DNA of 64,000 nt from an uncultured Armatimonadetes bacterium (GCA_963717145.1 OY970325.1:4192001-4256000), one strand, 5' to 3'. Counted from the stretch's first letter, positions 30,850 through 42,662 are shown. Notes: generated by a model not told the origin, from the sequence alone. Numbers and translations: made by a program.

Positions 30850-31700
30850 TGCGCCTTTCCTTCTTCTTCCATCAGTAGCCGGACCTTGGCATCGGTCACG
30901 ACTTCATAGAAAGCGGAGAGCACACTGAGCTGGAGTCCCGCTTTCCCGTCCAGGAACCCGAGTTTGAAGAAATACATCCACAGAAACCTCAGGATCGGCT
31001 GGAATGGCAGGAAATGCTTCAGGTAGGAGGCCTTCGATGATCTGGGAATCCTCTTGTCCGCAAGAACCTGCCGGAAGCCGAGCTTTCCCTTTCTGGCGGT
31101 GATTCTGTCTCTCGCCTCCAGCGTGGTGTAGTTGTTCAGCCTCGCGACATACTGCTCCATGCTCGAGTAGCAGTAGTGAAGAATGTCCGCCTTGATGACT
31201 CCGGCTTTCCCTTCGTAGAGGAGCTTCGTGTGAATGCCCTTCCGGTCGTCGAACCTGGCCGTTCCTCGCCGGAAAAGCTGCGGATGCACCAGATCAGGAT
31301 ACCACCCGCAGTGCTTGATCCACCTTCCCAGGAATATGTTCCTTCTGGGGATGAAGTAGGCGTCGTACTCGTTCCGGTCCTCTGCCAGAATCTCCCTGAT
31401 TGCCGCGATCAGCTCGGGGGTGAGTCTGTAATCGGCATCCTGTTTGAAGATCCAGTCACCCGTGGCGGCGTCTACTCCGACGTTCCATTGTGTCGCCATG
31501 TTGATCTTGTGGTTCTGGATCAACTTGACCCCGGCCGCTCGGCAAATCTCCGCAGTACCATCCTCGCTGAACTCGTCCACCACGACGATCTCATCGGCGA
31601 ATGAGTTTCCCTCGAGAAACTCCGCCATATTGGCTTCTTCGTTCTTTGTGATGACGACTATGGAAAGCGTTTGCACTGATTCTTTCTCACTCCGTTCCAC
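30846..31700 (-). CDS. Glycosyltransferase family 2 (WaaE-like)
   Basis: ITKNEE, DEFSEDGT, DAD, LGFLDG. Confidence 0.9.
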   Translation of the reverse strand: MERSEKESVQTLSIVVITKNEEANMAEFLEGNSFADEIVVVDEFSEDGTAEICRAAGVKLIQNHKINMATQWNVGVDAATGDWIFKQDADYRLTPELIAAIREILAEDRNEYDAYFIPRRNIFLGRWIKHCGWYPDLVHPQLFRRGTARFDDRKGIHTKLLYEGKAGVIKADILHYCYSSMEQYVARLNNYTTLEARDRITARKGKLGFRQVLADKRIPRSSKASYLKHFLPFQPILRFLWMYFFKLGFLDGKAGLQLSVLSAFYEVVTDAKVRLLMEEEGKAH

Positions 31701-31748
31701 TGCTTAGGTATACGACGCTTGGACAGCAATACCCTGGTCGCGGGCGCG

Positions 31749-32481
31749 CTACTTCCACCGTTTCAGTGCTCGGCGAACGACCTTAGCCGTCAAGAGTTGC
31801 AGCAACTTGCGGGCGGGTATGCTCTCTCCGCGCATGAATCCGGGGTGGACGACGTCGATCATCCTGTCATCTCTATTCTGCGAGCAGGTCAGCAAATCGG
31901 GGTAGGCCGCGAGCTTCTCCGCACAGACGTAGAAGAAGAGCATTCTGGCAGTACCACGGCTGTATCCCGGGGATCTGCCATATCCTCGGACGCAACGCAT
32001 CCACCGCGACGAATCCGAATTGCGAGAAGAGCCGCACCCAATAGCTCGGCCACTGCTCGTTGATGTGGTGCTGGCCTCCCTGTCCCGGCACGGCAGCCGA
32101 CAAGAGGACTACGGGGGCGAGCGAGGTCAGGAACCGCACGAAATCCTCCGCCGCATCAGGGCTTAGATGCTCAGCGCATTCGAGCGACATGGCAAGATCG
32201 AAGGTCCTCCCCACGGGCACGGGATGCTCCAGGTCCATCGGCACAAAACGATCGGCATCGATCCGGAGTCGTGACCTGTCGACGTATTCTCCATCGATGC
32301 CCATCGTGTCAGGCACCCCGGTCTCCTGGAATGCTTTCAGCCAGGAGCCGGATCCGCAGCCTACGTCGACGACACTCTTCGGACTGATGATCTCGGCGAC
32401 GATCGGCGCCACCAGGCGTGCGGATGCGTAGGAGCTTTCGCTCTGTCGATCATAGAACCAGGTATCATATCTGCCCGCCAT
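31749..32481 (-). CDS. SAM-dependent methyltransferase (apparent frameshift ~31943)
   Basis: VDVGCGSG, LECAEHL, PGQGGQHHINEQW; continues as MLFFYV..DVVHP in ORF 31749-32000. Confidence 0.8.
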
Positions 32482-32555
32482 AGTCTACTCCGTCGGTCCG
32501 GCCTTCACGACCTCGAGATGTATTCGACATGCTGAGCCGGTTAGGATCTTCGCGG

Positions 32556-33605
32556 TTATCTCCCGCGAAACCGCTCAGGAGATCTCTGTCCGCACATGAT
32601 TCCAAACACGAGGCGTGCGCTGCTCCACTGCCGCCTGAGTATCCTCCTGAAAAGGCTTACCAGCAGGCCCAGGTAGACCGTGGGCAGCGCATACGGAAAG
32701 AATTTGCGTGTGAACACCAGTCTGTTTCTGATGAAATAGTAGTCCGATAGCAGACTCTTGGACTTGCCGGAGCACCCGTTGATGCTGGCCCCCTCTTTGT
32801 GGTACACGATGCTGTGTGGGGCATACGCCAGCGTATACCTGGGGCGGAGTCGCATTGCCCAGTCGAGTTCCTCGAAGTACAAGAAGTAGTCCTCACTGAT
32901 CAGGCCGATGTCCTGCAGGAATGGCCTTGATGCGAGAAGGCAAGCCCCATACACGAAGGCCATCCTCTCCTCTTCAGCGTGCACATCGATGCACTCCAGA
33001 TCGCGGTCTTTCAGGCTGAACTGCCGAGATCTCCGACCACCGATCCACTTGTTGTAGAGACCGCCGCCCAACATACGTATCCTATCAGGATCATGATAGC
33101 TGACTACCGTAGCTCCGCACATCCCGGCATCCGGCTTCTCGGCCATGCGTGAGATCATACGCGAGAGGGCGTCAGGTCTCACTACCGTATCGTTGTTCAG
33201 TAGCCAAACGTACTCGAAGTCGCCTCTTGCCAGGGCATATCTCAGACCCACATTGTTGCCGCCGGCGTAACCCAGGTTCTCTCCAGTCCGTATCAGGATC
33301 AGTCGTGCCCCTCTACCCTCGGCAGGGTACCCTTGCTCTGCCTGTTCCCTGTCGATCTCGAGATAGTGAATCGGCTTGGGAATATGCGGATAGGATAGAT
33401 TCCTCAGCGGGTTCATCTCTGGCACATCGGCATTCAGTCGCCCATCCGCCCAGTCCTTGATGCGTTCAATCGAGCTGTCCTCGGATGAGTTATCGCATAC
33501 GATGACTCGATAATCTTGATAGTCGGAATGAAAAACGCTCTCCAGGCATTCTATGGTATCCTGCCAGCCATTCCAGTTCAGGATGATGACGTAGACGCGG
33601 TTCAT
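32556..33605 (-). CDS. Glycosyltransferase family 2 (rhamnosyltransferase-like)
   Basis: IILNWNG, NLGYAGGNN, LLNNDT, YFLYFEELDW. Confidence 0.9.
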   Translation of the reverse strand: MNRVYVIILNWNGWQDTIECLESVFHSDYQDYRVIVCDNSSEDSSIERIKDWADGRLNADVPEMNPLRNLSYPHIPKPIHYLEIDREQAEQGYPAEGRGARLILIRTGENLGYAGGNNVGLRYALARGDFEYVWLLNNDTVVRPDALSRMISRMAEKPDAGMCGATVVSYHDPDRIRMLGGGLYNKWIGGRRSRQFSLKDRDLECIDVHAEEERMAFVYGACLLASRPFLQDIGLISEDYFLYFEELDWAMRLRPRYTLAYAPHSIVYHKEGASINGCSGKSKSLLSDYYFIRNRLVFTRKFFPYALPTVYLGLLVSLFRRILRRQWSSARLVFGIMCGQRSPERFRGR

Positions 33606-34696
33606 CCGTTTCCCCCGCATATGCACGCCTCAAAGGCATCCACGGCCCGGCTCCAGGTGAACTGCTGAACGCACCGCTGACCGTCTCGGGCAAGACCGAT
33701 GCGGAGATGATCGTCTCGCATCAGCCTCAGGATGTTTCTCGCGAGCGCCTCAGGGTCCTTTGGCGGGCTCAGAAGGGCTGTCTTCTCATGCGCCGCATAG
33801 ACTCGCACGCCGACACTGTCAGTTGTGGCCAAGGCTGCGCCACAGGCCATGGCCTCGGCTCCAGGCAGACCCCATCCCTCGTAGTGCGATGCTTGCACGA
33901 ATATGCTGGAGCTGTTATGAAGATCGGCCAGTTCTCGATCCGAGGGACGTCGATGGTACTCGACCCAGTCAGGCAGACTTTCAGAACGCGATCCGAATGC
34001 CCACACCCGCATACCCGAGCCGACCGTTGAGCGGACGATCTCCAGGGCTGCGATGGCATCTGTTGTCCCTTTGAATACTTCGTGACGCGCAGGGAACCCA
34101 ATCGAGGTTCTGATGCCATCGTCCACGGGGTTCCGCAGCACGTACACATCGAGGTCGAGCCCGTTAGGTATATACTCATCGACGGAAGCTCCGCATTGTT
34201 CGAGCATCTGCACTCCCGCCGGTGACGTGACAATATTGCGCATCCCTGCCCGGTAGGTCGCCGCCATTCTCGACCGAAGAGGTTCGTTGGCTGTCATGTA
34301 GTGCTCATAGTCATGGATCAGATACAGCTTCATTCCTTTTCGGGCGGGGAAGCATTGCACCCATTCCGCCGTGTGCCACGAAGTGGCAACCACTACCTCG
34401 GCATCTGCAATCCACCGGGGATCCGGGCTGGGCAGCCATCTGAGTCGGACTCGGGGTTCCAGCCTGAACCAGGAGTCCGGTCGGTAACCTCCATCGACGC
34501 CGATTGATCTCGCTGTATAGGCCAGCAGCCGGTGAAGTGCCGAGCGAGTCGAACGATCTCCTCGCTCCTGATAGGGCGTGTGTACGAGGGTGACCTCGTG
34601 TCCACGCCGCGTCAATTCGTTGGCATACTGGTACACGACTTTGAACCCGCCAACAGGTCTTGTGCCGTGCCCCGGTAGAACAAAGGCAATCTTCAC
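33602..34696 (-). CDS. Glycosyltransferase family 4
   Basis: GGFKVVYQYANEL, EGWGLPGAEAMACG. Confidence 0.9.
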   Translation of the reverse strand: MKIAFVLPGHGTRPVGGFKVVYQYANELTRRGHEVTLVHTPYQERGDRSTRSALHRLLAYTARSIGVDGGYRPDSWFRLEPRVRLRWLPSPDPRWIADAEVVVATSWHTAEWVQCFPARKGMKLYLIHDYEHYMTANEPLRSRMAATYRAGMRNIVTSPAGVQMLEQCGASVDEYIPNGLDLDVYVLRNPVDDGIRTSIGFPARHEVFKGTTDAIAALEIVRSTVGSGMRVWAFGSRSESLPDWVEYHRRPSDRELADLHNSSSIFVQASHYEGWGLPGAEAMACGAALATTDSVGVRVYAAHEKTALLSPPKDPEALARNILRLMRDDHLRIGLARDGQRCVQQFTWSRAVDAFEACICGGNG

Positions 34697-34773
34697 GTCA
34701 GGCCCCTGTGTATGCTGATTCCGGACAACACTCCTAGAACTCGCCCCAGATCCGATAGTGTCATATCTGTCGT

Positions 34774-36338
34774 CTACACCCCAAACGCTCTCAAGATCCG
34801 GACAACGGTCGGGTCCCTGCCCAGGATCTTTCGTTCGTCGTCATCGAGCGGCTTCCATCGGGCCAGAAGGAGCGCATATACCGCGAGATAAGCAAGGCCG
34901 CCGCCCAGGAGTTCCGGAATCGTCCCCGGTCGAAGAAGCGAGAAGGCAGCCATGCACACTCCGGACACGATCAAGGCTTTCGCTATGAAACCGAGCGGAT
35001 ATCCATTTCGCATGGCCGCCGGCGTCAGTGCAAGCTCCAGAAGGGCCGCAACGACTGCGGCCAGGCCGATCCCGATGATTGCGCCAACGGCCCCGTACCT
35101 GAGGATCAGCCAGCATGACAATCCGAGATGCAGTACCGCAGTGCCGGCTCGCATGTAGCCGACGGCCCTGTGCTTGCCCAGCGAGTAGAGCAGGTTGGTC
35201 GTCAGCCCGGAGCCGGCCAGTAGTGCAACCAGTGATAGTATAGCATATATCCTGAGCGAGACGGCAGCCGTGGCGAACTCCCGGCCGAACAGCCCGATGA
35301 CCAGAGGATTTGAATGCCAGGCGACGAAGACGAGTATCGGCGCTGCTATCGCCGCACTCAGCTTTATGTAGATGCGGTAGGGCAGCACCATGCTGGATGC
35401 TCCGGACTTCGCTCTTAGCTCGGCAAGTGACGGCAGTACGGAGACCGACCAGCCAAGGATGAGCGCCTGCAGGCGGGAAAGCGGCACGAAAGCGCAGTTG
35501 AAAAAGGCGACCTCTCGCTGACTCCCCAGCAGCCAGCAGATCAGGATCACCACAATGTTGCTGCTCATCGAAAACGCGCTCAGTCGGACGAGCCATGCCG
35601 AGGCTGCGAACCGCCAGATCGGCGCCGTCTCCGTCTGGGGAGCCGGCCTCGTGAACAGCCAGCGCCGTGATACGATGACAAACGCCACCATGCCGAGCAG
35701 GAAGGCGAGCGCCGCCGCCGCCGCAGCCGCCGCTCCGGTGGCCTTCCCCACGTACACGAGCCATATGGCCCCGTCGCCGACAGGATGTTCACCAGGCCGG
35801 TGATCACAAACACAATCCGGGCTCTCCACAGCCCGATGTTCAGGGAGGACAAGAGGGCAAATACGGTCTGGCTGAAGACCAGGACAGCAATGATCGGGTA
35901 CAAGCCACTCAGCCCCGGATGCTGAAGCGCCCGACCGATCTGCTCCCTGAAGACCCAGAGCAGAACGCAACACAGCGATGCCAAGAGCAGGGCGACGCCG
36001 ATGATACGCCGAGCCATCGCGGCGATAGCGTCATGCCTCCCCCCGCTGGCGAACTCAGAGCCGAACTTGTGCAGGGTGTCCGAGAATCCGAACATGGCGA
36101 TCATGTTGGCCACGGCAGTTACGCTGACTATGACCCCGAAGATGCCGTATTCCGTCGGGCCGAGCTTGCGGATGACGAGAACGAGGAATAAAGCGCTTGT
36201 TCCTACCTCGACGATGCGAAGGAGCTGCGTCCATACGAAAGCCCTGCCTACGCGGGCTGTGAAGTCGGGCTGAGGAGCATTCAGCGACTGCTCGGCCTCC
36301 GAATCGATCACATCTATCGGTGCATCTTGAGGCTTCAT
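34774..36338 (-). CDS. wzx: Wzx-type oligosaccharide flippase (apparent frameshift ~35770)
   Basis: RKLGPTEYG motif, many TM helices across two ORFs, terminal YGAVGA. Confidence 0.8.
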
Positions 36339-37630
36339 GCCGTGTTCCTGATCTGCTGTCGTGCGATCGAGCACGCGATAAGCGCCAGTCCGATCACCAG
36401 CCAGTAGTTCATCGATGTTGGGGGCATCAGCATGACACTGTCGATGGCGAGTTGGACAGAAGACCCGATGACCCCCGCGGCGAGTGCGCATCCCATCTGA
36501 GCCTCAAAGGAGTCGAGCGGCCGGCACCATCGCCAGGCGCAGGCGAATACTCCGAACACGACTCCGAGTAACGGCAACAGTCCGATCAAACCCATCTTCA
36601 TCCCGATAGTCAGCAGGGAGCTTTCAATGCCGTACATCGCGAACGGACCACTACTTATAGTTCCCCCCATCCCCCCTCCGACCAAGCCGGCCAGCAGCAA
36701 CCCGAGCGGATGCAGGCTGTTGTAGCTGGCAATCATCTGTTCCCAGATCGTGGTTCGGCCGGCCAAAGTCGGATCGAAGGTCAGCAGCCGTTCGCCAAGC
36801 TGCAGCAGATAAACGAACATGCCTCCGATGCCGACAAGGAGCACGCCCACGATCCGCAGGGCCAATGATCTCCTCAGCAGGACGCCCAGAAGGACCAGAG
36901 AGATCACGCCGGCCACGATGGCGCTCCTGGAGAGAGTCAGGAGCAGACAGACGAGGACCAATCCGAGAAAGACGGCGTATAGCCCCTTGCGTGATCCACG
37001 AGCGCCGTGGAAGAGCGCCGCGGGAATGGGCAGCAGAAGGGCGAGGTAGTAGCCAAACAGGTTTCCATTCTGGAACGTCGATACCACCTTGAGTCCCACC
37101 GCAGTCATGTTGTTCTTGAACTCAAAGGCATCGGGCGACTGAGCGTCCGAATATGCCATCGTGATCCCTGGGACCATAACGAGGTAATGGCCGAATATGC
37201 GCTGGCAGACCCCGTACACGCAGGTTATCGCCAGGGAGACGCCGAGCAAGCGGATAATGGTGCGGAAAGCTTCAGGCGTTGCGACATGACTTCTGATAAG
37301 AAAGAACGCGGGGACGAAGCCGAGCAGCGCAACCGCTTCGACAAGCATCTGCGTGGTAGGCGCTCCCCTCATTATGCCGACTGAGATCGAGACCAGACCG
37401 AATACCATGAAGGCGACCGCACTCCACGCGACCAAATCGTCGTAGGTATCACCGCTGGACAAACTGATTCTGACGCTGGATAGCGGCCGAAGACAGTATA
37501 GTCCGAGCAGCGCCAGGTAGAGGAGGATAGGCAGCGTGACGGGAATCTCCCCGACCTTTGTCCCGGCCCGGGGGATGGTCATGCTTGCCAGTATGGCAAC
37601 ACAGAGAAAGTAGTATCTGAAATGATGCAT
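36335..37630 (-). CDS. wzy: O-antigen polymerase/ligase family protein
   Basis: About 10 TM helices, STFQNGN, LLTLSRSA, GRTTIW. Confidence 0.75.
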   Translation of the reverse strand: MHHFRYYFLCVAILASMTIPRAGTKVGEIPVTLPILLYLALLGLYCLRPLSSVRISLSSGDTYDDLVAWSAVAFMVFGLVSISVGIMRGAPTTQMLVEAVALLGFVPAFFLIRSHVATPEAFRTIIRLLGVSLAITCVYGVCQRIFGHYLVMVPGITMAYSDAQSPDAFEFKNNMTAVGLKVVSTFQNGNLFGYYLALLLPIPAALFHGARGSRKGLYAVFLGLVLVCLLLTLSRSAIVAGVISLVLLGVLLRRSLALRIVGVLLVGIGGMFVYLLQLGERLLTFDPTLAGRTTIWEQMIASYNSLHPLGLLLAGLVGGGMGGTISSGPFAMYGIESSLLTIGMKMGLIGLLPLLGVVFGVFACAWRWCRPLDSFEAQMGCALAAGVIGSSVQLAIDSVMLMPPTSMNYWLVIGLALIACSIARQQIRNTA

Positions 37631-37668
37631 GGTAGTGGGCGGGTGATAATCTCACAAGCCTTGATTGA

Positions 37669-37742
37669 GGCTGTCATTCTGAGCGGAGTGAAGAATCTGG
37701 CCGTGCGGAGACAGATTCTTCACTCCGCTCAGAATGACAGCC
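37669..37742. repeat. 31-bp perfect inverted repeat element
   Basis: ggctgtcattctgagcggagtgaagaatctg-N12-cagattcttcactccgctcagaatgacagcc. Confidence 0.9.
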
Positions 37743-37752
37743 GTCCAGCCGT

Positions 37753-39131
37753 TCAGCTCTTTGCGGGGCGCTCGCCTATAATGATGGCGCCGAAAACGCC
37801 GAGCATGACGCCCAGCATGCCGGCCCCGAAAAGCGTGAGCATCATCCTGGGGCTCGCCGGACTCCTCGCAGCGATGGCCCGGTCGAGCACGATGAAGTTC
37901 TCTGTGTCACGACCCTCGATCACTCGTGCCTTGGCCTGCTCGGCCAGGAGCGTGGTATAAACGGCCTCAGTGGTCTTCACATCACGGATCAGCCTCGCAT
38001 ACGCCATTTCCTCCACCGGAAGTCCGGACAACTGCTTCTCGAGGGCCGTCATCGCCTTGTGCATCGCGGACTGTCGTGATTCCAGGCCGTCTCGAGTCAC
38101 CTGGAGGAGAACCAACTGCTTGAGCAATTCCTGGTGGGCAAGGCTCGCGCTTCCGTCGGTCCCGGCTATGATGCCGGATACTTCCGATCCGATCTCCTTT
38201 TTCATCTTGTCTATCTGCTGGTCCAGGCTGACTACGTCCGGATGGATCTCGGTGAAATCCTCGAGGAGTGTCGCGCGCTGAACCTCCAGATTGGCCAGTT
38301 GAATACGGAGGTCGCTGATCGCCGGGCTGTCTATCACCGCTTCGGGCGCAATGCCCTCCGGGGCGCGGGCATCCCAGGTGCTGCGGGCCTGGGCGAGTTG
38401 CCCCGGATCTCCTGCAGGGCGATATCGGTTTCGGTCTGCGCCGACGTGAGTTCCAGGGCCTTCTCGCCGTATGCCACAGCTTCTTCCGGCGGGATCAGCA
38501 TTGGATGAGTTTCCTGAAAGTCCTTGAGCCGTTTCTCGGTCAGCGCGAGTTCCGACTTCGTGCGCCCAAGCTGCTCTTCGATGTAAAGGCGGTTCTTCTT
38601 ACCCTGGAAGAGAGTGCTCGATCGGTCATAGACTCTCAACTCGTCGATATAAGTATTCGCGATATCGGCGGCAAGCTGTGCGGTGCGGTCCTTCAACTCG
38701 GCATTCGAGGTATGGCCCTTGAGCCAGGATGTCGGCGACTGGCAAGCAAGGATCAGCCCGCCTTCCTTCGGCCTGTCGATGGTGATGCTCTGCTGCAGTT
38801 CTTCAGAGTCCAGTCCGTACCTGTCCAGGTTGAGGCGCTTGCAGACGTTTTCAGCGAGAGTGCGGCTGCTCAGTATGCTGTAATACACATCCGCGCCGGA
38901 CAGGCTCGGCATTCCGCTGGGCAGAGCAAAACCGGCGAGTTGGGCGAGCTGGGAACTGACGCCCATATTCGGTTGGTCGGGGAACAGGAGTCTGGTCTCG
39001 CCCTCATAGGTCCTGGGCATCAAAGCCAGTGCTATGCCGGCGAGCAGCAAAGTGACCACCGTCGTCAAGACGATGGTCCACTTGCGCCGCTTCAGTATTC
39101 TCAGATAGTCGAGAAGGCTGATCTCATCCAT
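37753..39131 (-). CDS. Polysaccharide co-polymerase (Wzz/GumC family; apparent frameshift ~38402)
   Basis: EISLLDYLRILKRRKW, coiled coil, HPDV, VLDRA..P.SP + TM; no kinase domain. Confidence 0.85.
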
Positions 39132-39140
39132 TGTGCATCA

Positions 39141-40767
39141 CTACTGTCTCTGCAACAGGGAGTTCAAACTCAGGGCGGTAAACAGGAGTTGGACTCCATC
39201 CCGCCAGTTGCTCACGAATGCCTGAGGAACGAAGACGATATCCCCCGGCTCCAATTCGGGATTGCCCTTGGTCGAATCGCCGCGAATTGCGCCCTTGATA
39301 TCGAACCTCATGATCTGGGGAGCTTCGACCGGGCCTCTGACGATGCTGACATCGGTCATTCTAGCTCGCTCGCTCGGTCCTCCTGCATCGCCCAGGTAGT
39401 CCACCGAGCCTCCGCCTCGGACTGTAGACGTATGCGCCGGGCCTCCGCACTTCGCCAAACACGTGGATCTTATCTGCGATAGCGGGCAAAATGAGTGAGT
39501 CGCCGTTGACCAGCGTCACATCCGCGGCCCCGTCGTTCGCCACGAGCAATCGCTCGAGATCGAGGGGAATCCTGCGGGCCTTCCCGTCCTCCACACGCTC
39601 GATCCGCGCCCGCTTGAGATCGGCCTGAGGAGTCACGCCGCCGGTGGCGGAGATGACATCGAGCACGGTCTGCCCGCGCTTGAGGAAGTATATCCCGGTC
39701 CTGTTCTCCACGTCGACCTCGGTAGTGCCCGGAGTCCGCTGATACACCCCATCGCCTTTGAACTCGCCGATCAGGCGGAGCATCGGCTGGAACGCCTCGA
39801 TCGACGGAATGACGAGAACGTCGCCGGGCTGCAGGGAAGTCGCTTCGGACCCGTCTCGAAAATCGGCTGCGATCACCGACTTCTGCCCGTCTGCGTCGAT
39901 CCGCTCGATGGACGCTCTGTTCAGGGCGGCCGCGGGCGTCGCCCCGAGTGAGAGCTTGATCAGATCCGGAACGCCGAACCGGCTGCCATTGAAGGGGGTC
40001 ATCTCATAGCGCCCGGGACGTGTGACCTCTCCCTTGACCTCGACGTAATCCGTGACCGGCGGCACGTGGATCGAGTCGCCCGGTTCGAGCGGGATGTCGG
40101 CGTCGATGAGGCCGGTGATGGTCATCTTGTACAGATCGACGGTTCGCTGCTTCCCATCACGGGTCAGGGTGATGCGACGGGTCGATCCGGTCGGTTTGAT
40201 CCCTGCCTGGAGAGCGGCGAGGCTAACGGTCGAGACGGCTGGAAGAACCTGCGGGCCGGGGTTTTTGACCTCGCCGCTGATCCAGACGTTGACCGTTCGG
40301 ACCTGGGCGACCGACACGGTGACGTCGAACTGCCTGATGTACTTGCTCAGCTCGGCCCTGATCGCTTCCTCGAGTTCCGCGACGGTCCTGCCCGCCGCGG
40401 TGATCTTCCCAGCCAGCGGAAGGTTGACCTCGCCGCTGAGGGAAACGGTCACTTCATTCGCGTTCTCACCGGGCCCGGCGTTGGGACGAGCCACGTACTT
40501 GAGGGATGCCTTCCCCTGTACGTATATGCCGAGGGTGTCGCCGGCGCCGATGCGATAACCGTCCCTGGAGAGGACCGCCGGTATCCATTGTTCGAGATTC
40601 GTAATGGTGGAAAGCACTCTGTCGCCCGGCTTCTCGAGCATGGGCACAGGTACAGGGGCCGGCACGGCTGGAGCGACGGACATCTGTGCTTCGGCGGTAA
40701 GACAGACGCCGATCAGAAGCAGAGATACCAAGACTAGTGTGAGACTTACAGAGAACAGCCTAAGCAT
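39141..40767 (-). CDS. Polysaccharide export protein with SLBB repeats (Wza/KpsD-like; apparent frameshift ~39404)
   Basis: YRIGAGDTL, GEVKNPG, GEVTRPG, LEPGD repeats. Confidence 0.85.
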
Positions 40768-40808
40768 AGTTAGTAACACGAGCGAACGATGGCTGATGGA
40801 ACGCGACC

Positions 40809-40837
40809 AATATAGCACGCGCTCGTGGGGGTGTCAA
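40809..40837 (-). promoter_or_regulatory. Sigma-70 promoter of the polysaccharide locus
   Basis: TTGACA-N17-TATATT with extended TG. Confidence 0.6.
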
Positions 40838-41064
40838 CCGCTGTCCGGAGCCGAAAGCCATTCCGCACGGCTCACATCTGCCTGCCGAAGGATGCGGCTG
40901 AGCAGATCAGGGCTGATGGAACCGCGGTGGGGGTTTGGAATCGTCAGAACGAGATCACCCTTGGTCATGTACAGGTGCTTTCCCCCGGCATATGGCCCAT
41001 CGAAACCCAGTCTCCTCAGCCGGAGGACCAACTCCCGCCATGACACGGGAATGAGCCTAGGCAA
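40834..41064 (-). CDS. hicA: HicA family toxin
   Basis: 76 aa, LRRLGF..GGKH..TIPNPH..ILRQA. Confidence 0.88.
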   Translation of the reverse strand: MPRLIPVSWRELVLRLRRLGFDGPYAGGKHLYMTKGDLVLTIPNPHRGSISPDLLSRILRQADVSRAEWLSAPDSG

Positions 41065-41308
41065 CTTTGAACTCCTCGGGTGCTTTCAGTTCAACACCAT
41101 CGATCGGCGGGATGGCTAGACCGCGAGACAGTCGAAAGAGTATCCATCCATCGAGTACCTCTGCCAGCTTCTCCCTGCACTCCTCAGAGGTTTTTCCGGT
41201 TGCCCAGACTCCCTTCAGTCCATCGATCTCTCCATAGAACGGCTCGTCATCGTGTATGGTCTCATATCTCGCCGTCCTCATGGCCGCTCGGACGTATTCA
41301 ATGATCAT
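41057..41308 (-). CDS. hicB: HicB family antitoxin (short, no DNA-binding tail)
   Basis: FYGEI..LKGVWATGKT.EEC..L.EVL..W..IP. Confidence 0.88.
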   Translation of the reverse strand: MIIEYVRAAMRTARYETIHDDEPFYGEIDGLKGVWATGKTSEECREKLAEVLDGWILFRLSRGLAIPPIDGVELKAPEEFKVA

Positions 41309-41339
41309 GTAATTCCTCCAGACGCGGAAGGTCTCCGGA

Positions 41340-42200
41340 TCAACGCTCGCCGGACCTCTTTGCGGCCTTCAGCGTATTCCTGAGAAGCATCGCGATCGTC
41401 ATCGGGCCGACGCCGCCGGGGACCGGAGTGATCGCCGACGCCTTCCGCTCCGCTGCTTCGAATTCGACGTCGCCGACATCCTTGTCACGGCCTTCGACTT
41501 TGTTGTAGCCCGCGTCGATCACGATCGCGCCTTCCTTGATCATGTCGCCCGTGACCATCTCGGGCTTGCCGACTGCCGCTATGATGATGTCCGCCTGGCG
41601 GGTCATCTCCCCCAGGTCGCGCGTCCGGGTGTGGCATATGGTGACGGTCGCGTGGCGATTGAGCAGGAGGAGCGCGACGGGTTTGCCAAGGATGATACTC
41701 CGCCCGACGACAACCGCATGCTGTCCCTTGATCGGAAGGTCATAGCGGTCGAGCAGTTCGATGATCCCTGCGGGCGTCGCCGAAACGAACATCGGGTCGC
41801 CCGTCATCAGGCTTCCGAGACTGTGGCGGCTGATCCCGTCAACGTCTTTGTCGGGCGATACCGTGTCGAGTATGGCCTGCTCGTCGAGGTGCTTCGGGAC
41901 GGGATGCTGGACCATGACGCCGTGAATGCTCGGGTCGGCGCTGAGTGCTCGGACGATCTCGACCACCTGCTCCTGCGAGGAGTCTGCGGGAAGCTCGTGC
42001 ACGGTCGAGAGCATTCCTGCGGCGACGGCCGCTTTCTTCTTCATGCTGACGTAGACCTGGGATGCGGGGTCCTCGCCTACGATCACGACCGCCAGGTGCG
42101 GGGTGATGCCTTTGGTCGCGACGATCTCGGCCACTCCGGCCTTGATCTCCTCCCGAATCGCTTTCGAGGTTGCCAGGCCATCTAGGATGATTGCTGCCAT
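41340..42200 (-). CDS. folD: Methylenetetrahydrofolate dehydrogenase/cyclohydrolase
   Basis: YVSMK, KDVDG, GRSIILGKP, TPVPGGVGPMT. Confidence 0.97.
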   Translation of the reverse strand: MAAIILDGLATSKAIREEIKAGVAEIVATKGITPHLAVVIVGEDPASQVYVSMKKKAAVAAGMLSTVHELPADSSQEQVVEIVRALSADPSIHGVMVQHPVPKHLDEQAILDTVSPDKDVDGISRHSLGSLMTGDPMFVSATPAGIIELLDRYDLPIKGQHAVVVGRSIILGKPVALLLLNRHATVTICHTRTRDLGEMTRQADIIIAAVGKPEMVTGDMIKEGAIVIDAGYNKVEGRDKDVGDVEFEAAERKASAITPVPGGVGPMTIAMLLRNTLKAAKRSGER

Positions 42201-42201
42201 T

Positions 42202-42630
42202 TCACTGTGCCTCCGGTTCAATATTCATCTCGCGCGCGAGTGCCCCCAGGACGCCATTGACGAACCTGCCGGACTCGGCCGTACTGTACTTCTTTGCCAG
42301 ATCCACCGCTTCGTTTATCGATACACTCGCGGGGATGCCTTCCAGATAGACGATCTCGAAGATGGCCATGCGGAGAATGTTGCGGTCGACGGCCGGCTGA
42401 CGTTGAAGCTCCCAGCCGACCGAGAGCCGCCTGAGCACCTCATCGATCTTCGCCAACTGCTCCATGACGCCCTCCACCAGTACGCGCGCGAAATCCGCAG
42501 AAACTCCATCTATCTCGATGTTCTCGATGGCGGTCTCGAGCGCTTCCTGGGGAGGAATGTGCGCTACGTCAATTTGGTAAAGAACGTTGATGGCCAGTTC
42601 CCTGGCCGCTCTTCTGCTCTTGTTGCCCAC
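42202..42630 (-). CDS. nusB: Transcription antitermination factor NusB
   Basis: RRAARE, DRNILR, INEAVDLAKKY, FVNGVL. Confidence 0.97.
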   Translation of the reverse strand: MGNKSRRAARELAINVLYQIDVAHIPPQEALETAIENIEIDGVSADFARVLVEGVMEQLAKIDEVLRRLSVGWELQRQPAVDRNILRMAIFEIVYLEGIPASVSINEAVDLAKKYSTAESGRFVNGVLGALAREMNIEPEAQ

Positions 42631-42662
42631 GTACTAGCTCCGATGCCGGATGTGGGGTTCTC

